41,027 bases of DNA from Piedraia hortae CBS 480.64 (taxonomy: Eukaryota): contig MU005991.1 of assembly GCA_010093745.1 (NCBI GenBank), forward strand, positions 131,678 through 172,704, in the 5' to 3' direction. The notes under the pieces are model-generated. The model did no database searches. It was not told the DNA's origin and saw nothing but the letters and a program-made list of their open reading frames with translations. The position numbers were made by a program, and so were the translations under genes. Below are positions 8,901 to 20,115 of this stretch, piece by piece. Each line of letters starts with the position of its first letter. Positions within the stretch are counted from its first letter, which is position 1.

Positions 8901-9634
8901 TCGTCGTCTACAAGTTCGGCAAGATCGTCTAGGCTGTCGTCCGACAGCTTCTTCTTATCCCCAATGAACAGAGCGCACTTGACATATTTCTCGTTCTCCG
9001 ACACAACCTTGATGAGCTCGGGGAAGTGCCAGCCGTACCACTCCCTCAGACGCATGCTGTACGTGTTCAAAACCTTGACAGCGTGGTCCAGGGCAGCAAT
9101 GGCCTGGATAATATTTATATCATTTCTCTGCACCGAAAACTTGACCTTTCCGCGGGAATAGGCATGGCCAAGACCTAACTGGGCCTGGTCAATGTCGACA
9201 TCCTGGATGTTTTTGAGCAGTTTTATCGAATGCAGGCGGAGGGCTCTGATCAAATCGGCGACGACAACGCTGGTATCGCTCGTCTCGCACTCCACGCCGG
9301 GGAAGGTGGCCTTGATTTCGCCAGCCAGGCCCTTCTCGGAGACGCCCAGGACCACCTTCTTCTTCTTGCTGCCCTTGGGGAGTCCGCTTTCCAGCACCGT
9401 CCGTAGGTAATCCGACAAAATCCCCTCGGAAATCTCGTTCACATTCTCCAGCGCATGCGCCGCATTTTGAAAGGGCGCGAAAGAGACGAGCTCTATCGTC
9501 TTGCCGAATCGCGCGAGATCACTGTGCGCTTCTTGAACTTCCTTGAGCCGCGCGCCGACCGTGTCGCCTTTAAGTCGCACCCTGAAGAGCGCATAGCCAA
9601 CGGCGGACTCTTGGAGCAGGTAATCTATGGACAT
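5987..9634 (-). CDS. NOP56: Box C/D snoRNP protein Nop56; exons 9634-8348, 8298-8147, 6218-5987 (KKD tail)
   Basis: MSIDYLLQES..., [42 protein letters not shown]. 49-nt intron 8299-8347 (GTACAT..GCTGAC..CAG). Phase-2 intron 6219-8146 joins GAT AA|T TCC CCC GAA to a KKD-repeat tail typical of Nop56/58; AATAAA at 5940-5945. Gene identity is secure; use of the last exon is inferred. Confidence 0.92.
6121..6184 (-). repeat. 9-bp coding microsatellite (AAGGATAAG) x7 encoding KDK repeats
   Basis: Directly visible as tcttatcct units, one with a substitution. Confidence 0.95.
6201..7955 (-). CDS. Retrotransposon Gag-protease-RT(N-terminal) polyprotein, 584 aa from ATG 7955
   Basis: Capsid-like LRGTAREWF and LRQTSSV; CCHC knuckle CHQCNRSGHVQKNC; protease ALVDTGA; RT motifs LFVPKKDGSLRMCVDYRALN, MPFGIKNAPAIFQ, YIDD; no internal stop. 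Confidence 0.88.
   Translation of the reverse strand: MSPPSRPSRPRHIPPSGLPISSAAARPTDELQRPQTPLEERTQEGFLPNTYPSEEEYSEDEVSPIDPMQPTMEIDEKPPVNYEIGAGDGQTFSGKPGDLPAFLTHVRLKELLDSDLREGRIKCAYAANQLRGTAREWFVRTLPRQPQLLQQWSALETALTTTFGVSDTIRQQQDEHALMHLRQTSSVGVLVAHLEGLCCALGWPDVTRKGLFVNALKEPLRKEVLRHPELGYEATKEVARRAEAALELERPSRSSRKKTRRGRGAGKPKCHQCNRSGHVQKNCYAKVTAEDKAINFIQASDSLGTAEQRVRVNLEGQAYDALVDTGAAVSCIREEIAPTERMTSSVTLKGATGIPLVEHADSCIITVDGRAVLCYIVPNLTEPIILGLPYINQEGVTGVCHIEVTGQLPPSRRHRPFTKQEEDALQETLQEARTKGWVQPATSATAANVLFVPKKDGSLRMCVDYRALNDITLPELYPIPNLYDILQTAMQATTFSVLDVNRAFHHVPVSPTSQPLTAFTTPLGTFQYTVMPFGIKNAPAIFQKYIDRILAPAATFARAYIDDILMFSHCRSTLCTHRQFPRNG
6219..8147 (-). mobile_element. Truncated Ty3/gypsy LTR retrotransposon inside NOP56 (short 5' LTR ~8147-7991, gag-PR-RT N-half; no RNase H, integrase or 3' LTR)
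   Basis: TATA at 8071-8078, 18-bp inverted repeat 8023-8040/7966-7983, gag-pol ORF, and RT connection motif IAAPLYALT at 6250-6224 in a shifted frame. Confidence 0.9.
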
Positions 9635-9769
9635 GTCTGTTTTATTTCTCAATGTGGGCGGCCAAAACTTTCAGAATCTCATGGACGGGACGGGCCGAGT
9701 CGGTAAAATGGCCCGATCCGGACAATTTTCTGAACGTCCCACATCTGAGAGCTGGCACAGAAGAAAACA

Positions 9770-11532
9770 ATGTCTGCCGCGCAGCTCCTTAATCCAAAGG
9801 CCGAGAGTAGGAGGCGAGGTGAAGCGTGAGTCTGCGCATTCTCCCAATAGTTCCCACTCTAACAAATCTCAGACTTAAAGTCAACATCTCAGCCGGAGAG
9901 GGACTTCAGGATGTGTTGGCCTCCAATCTGGGTCCATCGGGGACTCTCAAGATGCTCGTGGACGGTGCCGGCGGAATTAAACTGACCAAAGACGGGTCCG
10001 TCCTCCTCAAAGAAATGCAAATTCAGAACCCAACGGCCGTAATGATCGCGAGAGCGGCCACAGCGCAAGACGAAATCTGCGGTGATGGGACGACGAGCGT
10101 AGTGCTGATGGTTGGAGAGCTGATGAAGCAAGCGAGCCGCTACATCGACGAAGGACTCCACCCCCGCGTCATCACAGATGGATTCGAATTGGCCAAAGAC
10201 GAAGCCATCCGCTTCCTTGAAAAGTTCAGCATCCACCAAAAATCCGTCGAACGCGAACTCCTACTCTCCGTGGCCCGAACCTCCCTCTCAACAAAAATCA
10301 ACCCCACCCTCGCCGCGCAGCTAACCCCATCAATCGTCGACGCGGTCCTAGCCATTTCCCAACCCCCAGCAAAACCAGACCTCCACATGGTCGAGATAAT
10401 GACAATGCAGCACCGCTCGGCGGCAGATACCCAGCTCGTGAAAGGCCTCGTCCTCGACCACGGCGCGCGCCACCCCGACATGCCCAAGGAGCTCAAAAAC
10501 GCCTACATCCTCACCCTAAACGTCAGTCTCGAGTACGAAAAATCCGAAATCAACAGCGGGTTTTACTACAGCAGTGCCGCGCAGCGGGACGCCCTTGTTG
10601 CAAGCGAGCGGAGGTTCGTAGACGACAAGCTTCGCAAAATCGTCGAGCTCAAGAAAATCGTCTGCCCCCCCGACTCAAACAAGTCGTTCGCCATAATCAA
10701 CCAAAAGGGCATAGACCCCCTCTCCCTCGACGTGTTGGTCAAGAACGGAATTTTCGCCTTACGGCGTGCGAAGCGCCGCAACATGGAGAGGTTACAGTTG
10801 ATCTGTGGTGGGACGGCGCAGAATAGTGTTGACGATCTGACTCCTGAGGTCCTGGGATGGGCGGGACACGTGGTGGAACATACCCTCGGCGAGGAGAAAT
10901 ATACATTCATCGATGAAGTGGAAAATCCTAAAAGTGTAACCCTCCTGCTTAAAGGCCCCAACGCACATACGATCGCGCAGTTAAAGGACGCGGTGAGAGA
11001 TGGACTACGTGCTGTGTATAACACAATCGCGGATGAGAGCGTCGTGCCCGGCGGTGGAGCGTTTCAGGTCGCGTGCGCGAAACATCTCAACAGCGAAGCC
11101 TTCCTCCAGTCGAAACTGGTAAAGGGGAAGACGAAATGGGGTGTTGCGGCCTTCGCGGAGGCGTTATTGATTATCCCGAAGCAGTTGGCTGCGAATAGTG
11201 GGCTTGATGTTCAGGATGCGCGTAAGTTATACCCACCCCCACTAAGGGTTTTCGCAAAGCGATGCTTAAGAACCATGCATACTGACGGCTCAATAGTAGC
11301 AGCCCTCCAAGACGAACTCACGTCCTCGTCGAAACATCCCGTAGGGTTGGACTTGAAGATCGGCGAGCCCATGGACCCCGTGCAAATGGGGGTTTATGAT
11401 TCTTTTAGGGTGCTGAAGAATAGCATTGCGGCTGCAACGGGGATTGCGTCGAATTTGTTGTTGTGTGATGAGATGCTCAAGGCAAGACAGATGAGTAAAT
11501 CGGGCATGCCGGGGCAGGGTGGCGAGGAGTAG
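9770..11532 (+). CDS. CCT6: Chaperonin CCT/TRiC subunit zeta; introns 9826-9872 and 11222-11296
   Basis: [44 protein letters not shown]; canonical splice sites with CTAAC/CTGAC branch points. Confidence 0.95.
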
Positions 11533-11644
11533 TAGTAGAGTAGTTATGTTTGGCCTCGGAAGACGAGTTTACTTGATGATTTGTGGTGGGAAAGGTATAA
11601 TCAGCATCATTTGAATGTTCATCCGTCCTGGTGGTCGGTATATG

Positions 11645-11715
11645 ACGATCTGATAACTTCATCTGATATGGGAACATCACGATCTGATAATTTCATCTGA
11701 TAACATAAGGACATC
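11645..11715. repeat. Short tandem duplication (ACGATCTGATAAYTTCATCTGATA x2) between the CCT6 and ACO1 3' ends
   Basis: Two copies about 34 bp apart. Confidence 0.7.
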
Positions 11716-11809
11716 AAAGACCAGCTCCATTATGACCATGGCATTATCATCTACTAGTCCGAATCCGAGTACAAGAAAAATAAACTGGTCATAACACTAC
11801 AGGCTTTCC

Positions 11810-14800
11810 CTAAGATGATTTGTGATGTTTGGCCATGGTGTTCAGCGCCGAGCCGTTCTTGAACCACTCAATCTGGCCCTCATTGAACGTGTGGGACAGC
11901 TGAATGTCGAACGCCTTGCTGCCGTCCGCCGGATGTACGCGGAGCGTCATCGGCTTGCCGACGGCGAGCTCCGTGCACATGACATCAACCCGGTCGTCGG
12001 GCTTGATCTTGTCGTAGTCGGCCGGATTGGAGAAGGTGAGGGGGAGCATGCCCTGCTTCTTGAGGTTCGTCTCGTGGATACGCGCAAAGGAGCGCGTAAT
12101 GATGGCCAACCCGCCGAGATGGCGGGGCTCCAGGGCGGCGTGCTCACGAGAGGAACCCTCTCCGTAGTTCCAGTCGCCGATGACGACCCACTTGATGCCC
12201 TTCTTCTTGTAGTCGCGGGCCGTGTTGGGCACAGTGTCCCACTCGCTGGTCGTCTCGTTCTTGACCTTGTTGGCCTCGCCGTTGGCAGCATTGACGGCCC
12301 CGATCAACATGTTGTTGGAGATGTTGTCGAGATGGCCTCGGTACTTGAGCCAGGGACCGGCCATGGAGATGTGGTCGGTCGTGGTCTTGCCCTTGCACTT
12401 GATGAGGATTGGCAGGTCAAGTGCGTCCTTGCCGTCCCACGGCGCGAACTTCTCCAACAGCTGCAGGCGGTCGGACGAAGGCGAGACGGCGACCTGGACC
12501 GACGAACGGTCAGCGGGCGGCGCCTGGTAGGTGTCACGGCCACTGTCGTAACCTTTAGCCGGCAGACCCTCTCCCTTGGGCTCCTTCAGCTTAAACTCCT
12601 TCCCGTCCTTATCCTTCAAGGTATCAGTCAGGGGATTGAAGCCAAGATCACCAGCAAGGCTCATCGCCATCACCATGGCAGGCGACGAGACGAAGGCGTG
12701 GGTTGCCGGATTGGCATCATTGCGGCCCGTGAAGTTGCGGTTGTAAGAAGAGATGATGGAGTTGGGCTCTCCCTTCTTGACATCCTTGCGGTTCCACTGT
12801 CCTGGGGAATGGTTAGCAAAGTTCAATGTGACGGAAACCAAGTCAGAAGCAAGAAAAGAAAAGTCCAGATCCAGTCCAAGAGGTTCTCGGTCCCCAGGAT
12901 CTGAAGTATGGCTGGAAATGCCATACACTGGCCCACCAATACGGGAGCATATTGCATTGCCCAGCAGCCGAGAAGATGGCAGTTCGAGTGCCGGTCATCC
13001 TCTCAAATTGGCATATACCCAGGTCCCTTGGTATGTTTTCGACGAACTCAGTGCTAAATTTTGCCCCGGCCGTGATCAACAGCATGTTATTCCACTGCTG
13101 TATTTGTGAGGGCAGTGCTCGCCAGAGTCGTAAATAGGATGGTGACCCTGTAATTCTTGACGATGGGCTTTAAAGCAATGCAAATATTGCATTGTGCTGG
13201 GGACGTAGACGTGCCGTAGGCTTAGTAATGGTTGGGGTTGCACCCATAGCCATAGGAAGTCTGCATATTGTACGTCGCGGACACATGCCCCAATGATTAC
13301 CAGTTGCTAAAGTGTTGGGGGCGTGCTGCTTACTGCTGTTCAACAGTTTCAGACTGCTTGGGAGAAGGATCAAGCATTGTTGTGGTGTCCAATCCCACAG
13401 AACTGGTTGTGCCCCACATGAAAAAATGCACTCTGTGCCCGCTACATGTGCGAACACACAACAAGACCTCTCCCACGATCCGTAGAGTGTATAGTGGGTT
13501 AAAGAAAGGCTTTGCCGCGGCCATGAGTGCCCTTATGAAGGCTGCTCAAGTTGTCGGCTCAACCTCCCCGCGAGGGTGGAACAGGGTATATTTCGCAAGA
13601 GCAATTTAGCATGACACGGCTGGTGGGGCGGTCTATTCCGTGCACGGAGGGTGGTGAATCCGTAGTGTGCGAGGCTGACTCGGGACAACTTCACAGCGTA
13701 GTGGTGACGTAGCCGAGCTGGTGCCAGTATATACTAAGGCGGCCTGCCATTAACAAGAATGAATGTACCAGGCATTCATCATGCTGATGTTAGGCCGAGA
13801 AGCGACAGTATTCCGGGCATCGTCTCCTGAGTCCGGTTTCGTGGTGTGTGACCATCCAGGGATGGTGAGAGTCGATCATCAAACAAGCAAGCAAGCAGAA
13901 AAGAAAGAAAAAAAAAAAAAAAAGAACATCACTTACCGATGCAAGGCTACCACTTTGTTAGCAGAAGTCCAACAACAGGGTGAGAAAACACTTACACCAC
14001 AGGCGTTGGCCAGAACGACACCGCCAAAGTCTTCCAGAGTTTGCAGAATACCATCACGCTCAATCGTGGCTCGCACACACTCCGATCCAGGGGTGACGGT
14101 CAACAAGCTCTTCGCTTTGAGACCGTGGTCGAGAGCGTCCTGGGCGATGGATGCGGAATTGGTCATGTCCTCATACGATGAGTTTGTGCAGGAGCCAATG
14201 AGGCCGACCTTGAGCTCTTCGGGCCACTTGTTGGCCTTGACAGCATCTTTAAACTTGGAGATGGGAGTGGCGAGATCGGGAGTAAAGGGGCCGTTGATGT
14301 GTGGCTCCAACTCACTGAGGTTGAGCTCGATGAATTCATCATAATGGGCACCCTCGTCTTCCTTCAGCTCGGCAGCATAAGAGCGGGCAAAGTCGCCAAT
14401 CTCCTTGCGATTAGTAGCCGCCAGGTAATCGTACATGCGGTCATTGAACGGGAAGACGGACGTGGTGGCGCCGATTTCAGCACCCATGTTGCAGATAGTT
14501 CCCATGCCAGTGCAGCTGATCTTCTCAGTGCCAGGACCGTGGTACTCTACAATGGCGCCCGTTCCTCCCTTGACCGTCAGGATGCCAGCAACCTTGAGGA
14601 TGATGTCTATGGAAATGTCAGCATCTATCAAAGTCTTAGTTGACTTTTATCACAAACCTTTGGGTGCAGTCCATCCACTCAGCTCCCCGGTGAGCCGGAC
14701 ACCAATGATCTTAGGAGCCTTGAGCTCCCAGGGAAGATTTGCCATGACATCCACAGCGTCAGCACCACCCACACCAATGGCAGCCATGCCGAGACCTCCG

Positions 14801-15437
14801 GCATTGGGGGTGTGCGAGTCGGTACCGATCATCAGGCCGCCGGGGAAAGCGTAGTTCTCGAGGATGATTTGATGGATGATGCCGCTGCCCGGTCTCCAGA
14901 AGCCAATGTTGTACTTGGCGCAAGAAGTAGAGAGAAAGTCGTAAACCTCCTTGTTGATGTCAATTGCACGTTTCAAGTCCTGATCTCCGCCGACCTCTGC
15001 CTGGATCAGATGGTCGCAGTGAACGGTAGTAGGCGTAGCAACGCTAGGCATTCCGGCAGACATGAACTGCAGAATGGCCATCTGAGCAGTTGCATCCTGG
15101 CACGCAACTCGGTCCGGACGGAGCTTGAGATACGACTTCCCGCGCTCGATTTCTTGGCCATGCGGATCATCGAGGTGAGAGTACAGGATCTTCTCGGCGT
15201 ATGTCAATGGGCGATTGAGCCGTTGCCGGACGATGCCCAAATTCTCGCTCATCTTGGCATAGTTGATGTAGTGGCCCTTTTCCCAGTTGGTCATCTCAAC
15301 TTTCTTCGTCAACGGCGCATCGGCGTGCGTCGCGAGAGCGCGGCGGTTGAGCACGCGCGGCTGGACAGTCAGCTCGGGTCATTGGAATTAAGGAGGCGAC
15401 TTACCAGCTGCCGCGCGGCCGCTCGGGCAGAAAGCAT
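11810..15437 (-). CDS. ACO1: Mitochondrial aconitate hydratase; exons 15437-15405, 15360-14658, 14606-13996, 13946-13937, 12801-11810
   Basis: [77 protein letters not shown]; all introns are GT-AG and the frames join. Confidence 0.96.
12802..13936 (-). other. Unusually long (1135 nt) hairpin-rich spliceosomal intron of ACO1; possible structured RNA
   Basis: GTAAGT donor, GCTAAC branch point, CAG acceptor; other ACO1 introns are 44-51 nt; many inverted repeats (see findings). Confidence 0.85.
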
Positions 15438-15845
15438 GACGAGATTCGATAGTGACCTTCTTCTCCAATATAGGTGAGCGTCTGCTGCTGAAATTGAGCA
15501 GAAAGGCTGTTAAGGAGGGGGGTGAGGGGAGAAGAAGAAGAAGCTGCTGCTAGACTCGGGGCGTTAACCTGCGTCGGTCAAAACTCGGGCCGGGAGATAC
15601 TGTCACGGGAAACACCAAAACCTGGGCTAATGACAGCGTCTGTCACCATATTGCTATTACCTAAAACTAAAAGAGTTTTAAGGCAGAGCTATTTAGGCAA
15701 AAACAAACTCTGAACTGCTTTCCCATAGCCGCACCAAGTGGCCTTGTAGAGAGGCAGCTTCACCTCAGTCTCCAGCTCACCCCCCACACTCGACTTGTGT
15801 CCCGCATTACAATTAGCCGAGGTCTGTCACTTTATCTTTGCCACA

Positions 15846-16260
15846 ATGCCGGCCATCCGGGGACAGAATGTGTGTACATAAAAGTCGGATTAGTAGGATA
15901 ACTAGAGACTGATAAAAGTAGAGTAAGCGCAAGGCCAGGCGCCACGCGGCTATTCGGGCCATCGATCAGATACATGCAGACAAGATATCCAAAAAGCACT
16001 TGCAGCAATATCACGACACCAAGGCCAGAGAAGGTCTTCCTGCGTATGGGCAATTTTATTGCATCGAGTGCGCCAAGTGGTTTGAAAGCGAAGCAAATTT
16101 GCAAAAGCATGCCAAGGGCAAGCCGCACAAGCGAAGACTGAAACAGCTAAAAGAAGAACCTTATACGCAGAAAGAGGCCGACGCTGCTGTGGGGCTTACA
16201 ACTGACAATGGCCGTGAAGCGAAAGACGATGTTGACATGGCCATTGACGATGACCCGTAG
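15846..16260 (+). CDS. BUD20: C2H2 zinc-finger 60S biogenesis factor Bud20; intron 15870-15921
   Basis: RAIDQIHAD...GLPAYGQFYCIECAKWF...HAKGKPHKRRLKQLKEEPYTQKEADAAVG. Confidence 0.9.
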
Positions 16261-16356
16261 AATAGAATAACACTAGAAGGACAAACAGACAATGTTAAAT
16301 GGCTACGGAATCCTAGTCCATCATGACACCGTGCATTGTCCGATCCCCAATTGAAT

Positions 16357-19300
16357 TTAGCCAAACAGTGTGCGCACCGTCAGCTGCGTTTCAGGCGGTA
16401 AACTGGCCAGGAGAGCACTAGGATTCATGCCAGCCGCGCTGATGAGCTTCTTGCCCGCATTAACAACGCGCTGGGCTGTGTTTCCTTGTAATGTCTCGGC
16501 TTCCAGAGCCTGTGCGATGCACTTGAAGCATTGGTCTGCCTTGGACAAGACGGCTGGATTTTGTCTAGTATGATGTTAGTTGTGTGCGCCCCACAAGTGC
16601 GATGCCAAGAACATACCGCTCAATAAGCTCGGCAAGAAACATGTACGCATAGGGTGCCGCTTCTTCGTCATTTGTCACTGGCAAAGTGTCTAACCAGTGT
16701 GCGACCACCTCCTGCGCGTTTGCAACCTTGCTACTGTTGTAACGTAAAACCTTTGCGATGCTGGCACAGGCATTTTCGGTCGCAAATATATGATCCTCGC
16801 TTCGCGCGTCGGGCCTTTGCGTTGCCTCGAAGAGGACGGGAAGACTGTTGTTGGCGAATTCGGCCCAAGCATCGCCGCCCTTGTGTGCAGCAACGCCGAC
16901 GCCATAGCCCGCCGCTTGCCTGTTGGCTGGTGCAGGATCTCGTAGGCCGGTCACCAACGGCTCGATGATATGCGACTGATAGTTCCATGATGTGGGACCG
17001 CAAAACTCTAGGACGTCGTCAAATATGCAAAGAGCCCATTGCCGCTGGGTTTCATCAGGACTGCGTGCAAATGTGTCGTAGAAGTGTAAAAGCTGTTGCC
17101 AGTACGGCAGAAAGCTTTGGGCTTGGTTCTTGAAGACGGTGTGAAACGCCTTGTTCATGTCTGACAACAACGTGTTGTCGTCCTCTATCGCAAATTGCGT
17201 CTCCTCATCTATCTCTTCTCCGTCCTCACGCTCCTGGGCGTCAGCAAGTCTTTGATTCATTCGAGCTTGAAAATCTCTCAGCACGCCCTCTGCCCTCTTG
17301 ATAAACGTGGCCATGTGCTCGTTGCTCAAACAGTCCTTGCCCGAGACCTCAACAGACTCATAAAAGCACTGGTACATTTCTGCCAGAGTCTCGATGTTCG
17401 TCTCCGTCTCCAAAGCTTCTAGAACCTTCGAAATCGTCGACTGCCAGAGCGTCTGATATTCGGCCGAGTTGCGACCATAAGCATCTTGGTACGCAGCAAG
17501 CAGTTGCGGAACAGCTTTGGCGGACGCAATTCGTACAGGATCGTGAAAGACGAATGCCATTCCGGGAACAATCACGTTGGTCATGATGTCAATGACGTAT
17601 GGCGCAAAGCCTTTGCCGAGAGTCGTAGCATAAACCGTTATGAGCTCAATGGCCATGTACTTGTCATCAAGTGTGTCTGTTTTGATGCCGACGAACCTGC
17701 CCTTGAGCGGCACCAGCTCCCAGCCTTCTAGCTGCTCAAGTTGTGCTAGATTCTCTTCATCGTTGAGGAACTGGACGCTTGCCTTGGCCTGCGCCAGCTT
17801 CATAAGAGGCGGCATGACTGCTGGAAGATAGGGCACAAAGTCCTGGTCGAGCACTCTGCACATGCGGCCCCAGCAGTGCAGTAGGTAGTTCTCCTGCGGA
17901 TCGTCGTCGTCTGTAATCGTTCCCTGGATGTGGCCCAGCAAACTGACAAGGCGGGCGGCATCGTCGCCCATGCTTTCTTTCCCCACAGCTAAGGCAATTA
18001 GCGTCGCACACTCCATTGCTTTTGCCCTCAGCAGCCGCAGCTCGCGCTCGTTTGGCTGCTGCAGAACGTTGATCAACAACGGCATTAGGGCAGAATAGTA
18101 CTGGCTGAAGGAGGCTTCGGCAGAGTCGGCGACTGTAGCAATGGTAGACAAAGCCTGCTCCTGCACAAAACGTTTGGGACTCTGCAGCAGTTGCATCAGA
18201 CTGTTCAGCAACGTACTCAGGTAGGGCTCCAGTATGTGACGCTCAGCTTCTTCGCAAAAGTTGACCAGCGCGGCAGCCGCGTGCGCCTGAACCCTTGCCT
18301 CGGGCGCAGATAAGACTGACACCAGGGCGGGGATGACAATCTGGTGGTATTTGGTCTGCATTGTTCCTTTGAAGTCGGTGCTCATTTGGCCAAGAGCGTT
18401 GCATCCCGCCCATCGGACGCGCGGATGGGCATCTTTCAGAGTAGGCACCACAAGTTCCAGGACCTTGTCCAGCTCTCCCTCCATAAGTGCCTGGCATCCT
18501 TCAGAAATGGCTGATATGGCCATGAGCGCCGCGTGTCGATCTCTCCATGAGGCTGAGGTAATCATCCTAGGCAGCCAGTTGAAGGTTGGCGGCAAGAGCG
18601 TCTGACCGCCGAGCTTGTTGGCCAGTCTGTCAATCGTCTGTTCCCCGGCCACATGATTGTTGTCGCTCTCGGTTCCCTCTACGTCTTCTTCGTTGAGCCA
18701 TTCAGAGGCATCATCATCGTCCGCGCCAACATCCGTCATGAGAGAGAGACACTGCGTAACCATCTGGCTGACGTAGTTTGGGTCCCTCTTGCACATTGTC
18801 GGGTTGACATCAGCAAACGTTGCCATGAGCTCCAGCGCGTTCTGCCGCGCCCTGTCTTCTAAGCTCTGGTCTTGAATTAGACTGATGCTAACCTGGACTA
18901 GATCGCTGAACACGTTCTTGAACATTTTAGATGCCGTTTCTGCCAGCTGAATGACAGCCAGAACGGCGTTGCTAATCTTGACCGAGTCTGATGCCTCTTT
19001 TAGCGGAACGAGAGTGTTGAGGACATCTGCGATCAAGACATAATATCGCCGTTGTGATGTCTTATTGAGTGACTGGAAGAATGAGGCAAAGGCACTCATA
19101 GTGGCTAGCTTCACATCTAGGCTGTCGTCCCGAAGGCCTCGCTGGAACACGCCGAGCACAACGTCCTCATGCTGCTTTTCAATGATTCCAGGCGTGCCCT
19201 CTAGAATACGGAAGGCGCATTCGCGTACTGTAGAATCTGGTGACTGGCTCATCTGGAACAGAGCGCTGAGCAGCTCAGGCCACGTGTCACGCGAACCATC

Positions 19301-19771
19301 TGGGTTGGTGATGTAGTCGTCTACGTGTTGTCTGGCGATCTCTGCTGCCGTATCTCCCTGCTTGTGCCGCACATACGTGCTCGTCTCGCCCGCGAGGGCC
19401 TGTAAAATCTTGGCGCGGATGGCCATACGTGAGTTATGATCAAGCTGTAAAAACCTTTCTCGCTGGGCGCCGGAACTGGCATCTTGAACCGGTCGCGACG
19501 CCACGCGCCGACAGAGAACAGCAGCAAATGCCCGTGTCTAGCAGCTCTGTCAGCCTTTCGCTCTGCCAAGTTCAGGTCGCTTACTTACTCCTTCGTCGGA
19601 GCTTGACTGCATCTGCTCTGCCAGGCCCATGAGCAGCACATCCGGCCGCTTGTTTGCCCATTCCGAATCCAGCTGGGCCTCTGCCCGTCCACGAACGTTG
19701 TTGTCGGGAGACCGGAGGCCCTGCAGCAGCGAGAGCAGCGCGGAGTGTACGTCTGGAGGTAGTATCGACAT
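16357..19771 (-). CDS. PSE1: Importin beta-3 / karyopherin Pse1 (Kap121); introns 19538-19588 and 16565-16616
   Basis: HEAT-repeat protein with WRDRHAALMAISAISEGC, HPRVRWAGCNALGQMSTDF, RLLRAKAMECATLIALAVGKE. Confidence 0.92.
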
Positions 19772-20115
19772 GGTGGGGGTGGGGGAAAGAAATGAAGGGG
19801 TTCGAATTTCGCCAACGAAAACTATTGACCGACGCCTGTCTCACGGGGGCGCGGTGGTCCACAGCACGCGGCTGCAGCTGTCGAGTGTCGTGCTGTCGTT
19901 GCACGCGGGCTTTGAACTTTTTTGTGGGGTGGGGGAGTCCATCCCGAGCCCCGAGCCCCACTACGCGCGACGCGCACCGTGACAAAATTCAATTGCAGAA
20001 CGCGTGAATGCAGATAGCAAAACACCAGTATCATTATACATGTGCTAATACATCCAGCGCTCTGGTGAACGATTAGAAACTAAATCAATTCCTTCTTCAT
20101 AACCCATTCCGTACT

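Noticed and set aside
11573..11653. Box C/D snoRNA (TTGATGA...CTGA)
   Set aside because: Sits in the CCT6 3' UTR; no terminal stem or recognisable rRNA guide, and the CTGA belongs to a tandem duplication.
11822..12904. 360-aa plus-strand ORF and other long antisense ORFs over ACO1, SPT7, PSE1 and the OSH gene
   Set aside because: Antisense shadows of GC3-biased coding sequence with no recognisable domains.
13000..13070. TPP-riboswitch resemblance in the ACO1 intron (CTGAG..ATACC..GACCTG..GGTATATGCCA)
   Set aside because: Lacks the conserved CUGAGA, UGAU and GCG residues and the expected spacing.
12802..13936. Telomerase RNA, RNase P/MRP, group I/II intron or hammerhead ribozyme in the ACO1 intron
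   Set aside because: By eye there is no UAACCCUAA template, no CR-I/CR-V motifs, no clear P7 or domain V, and no CUGANGA core; left as an unassigned structured intron.
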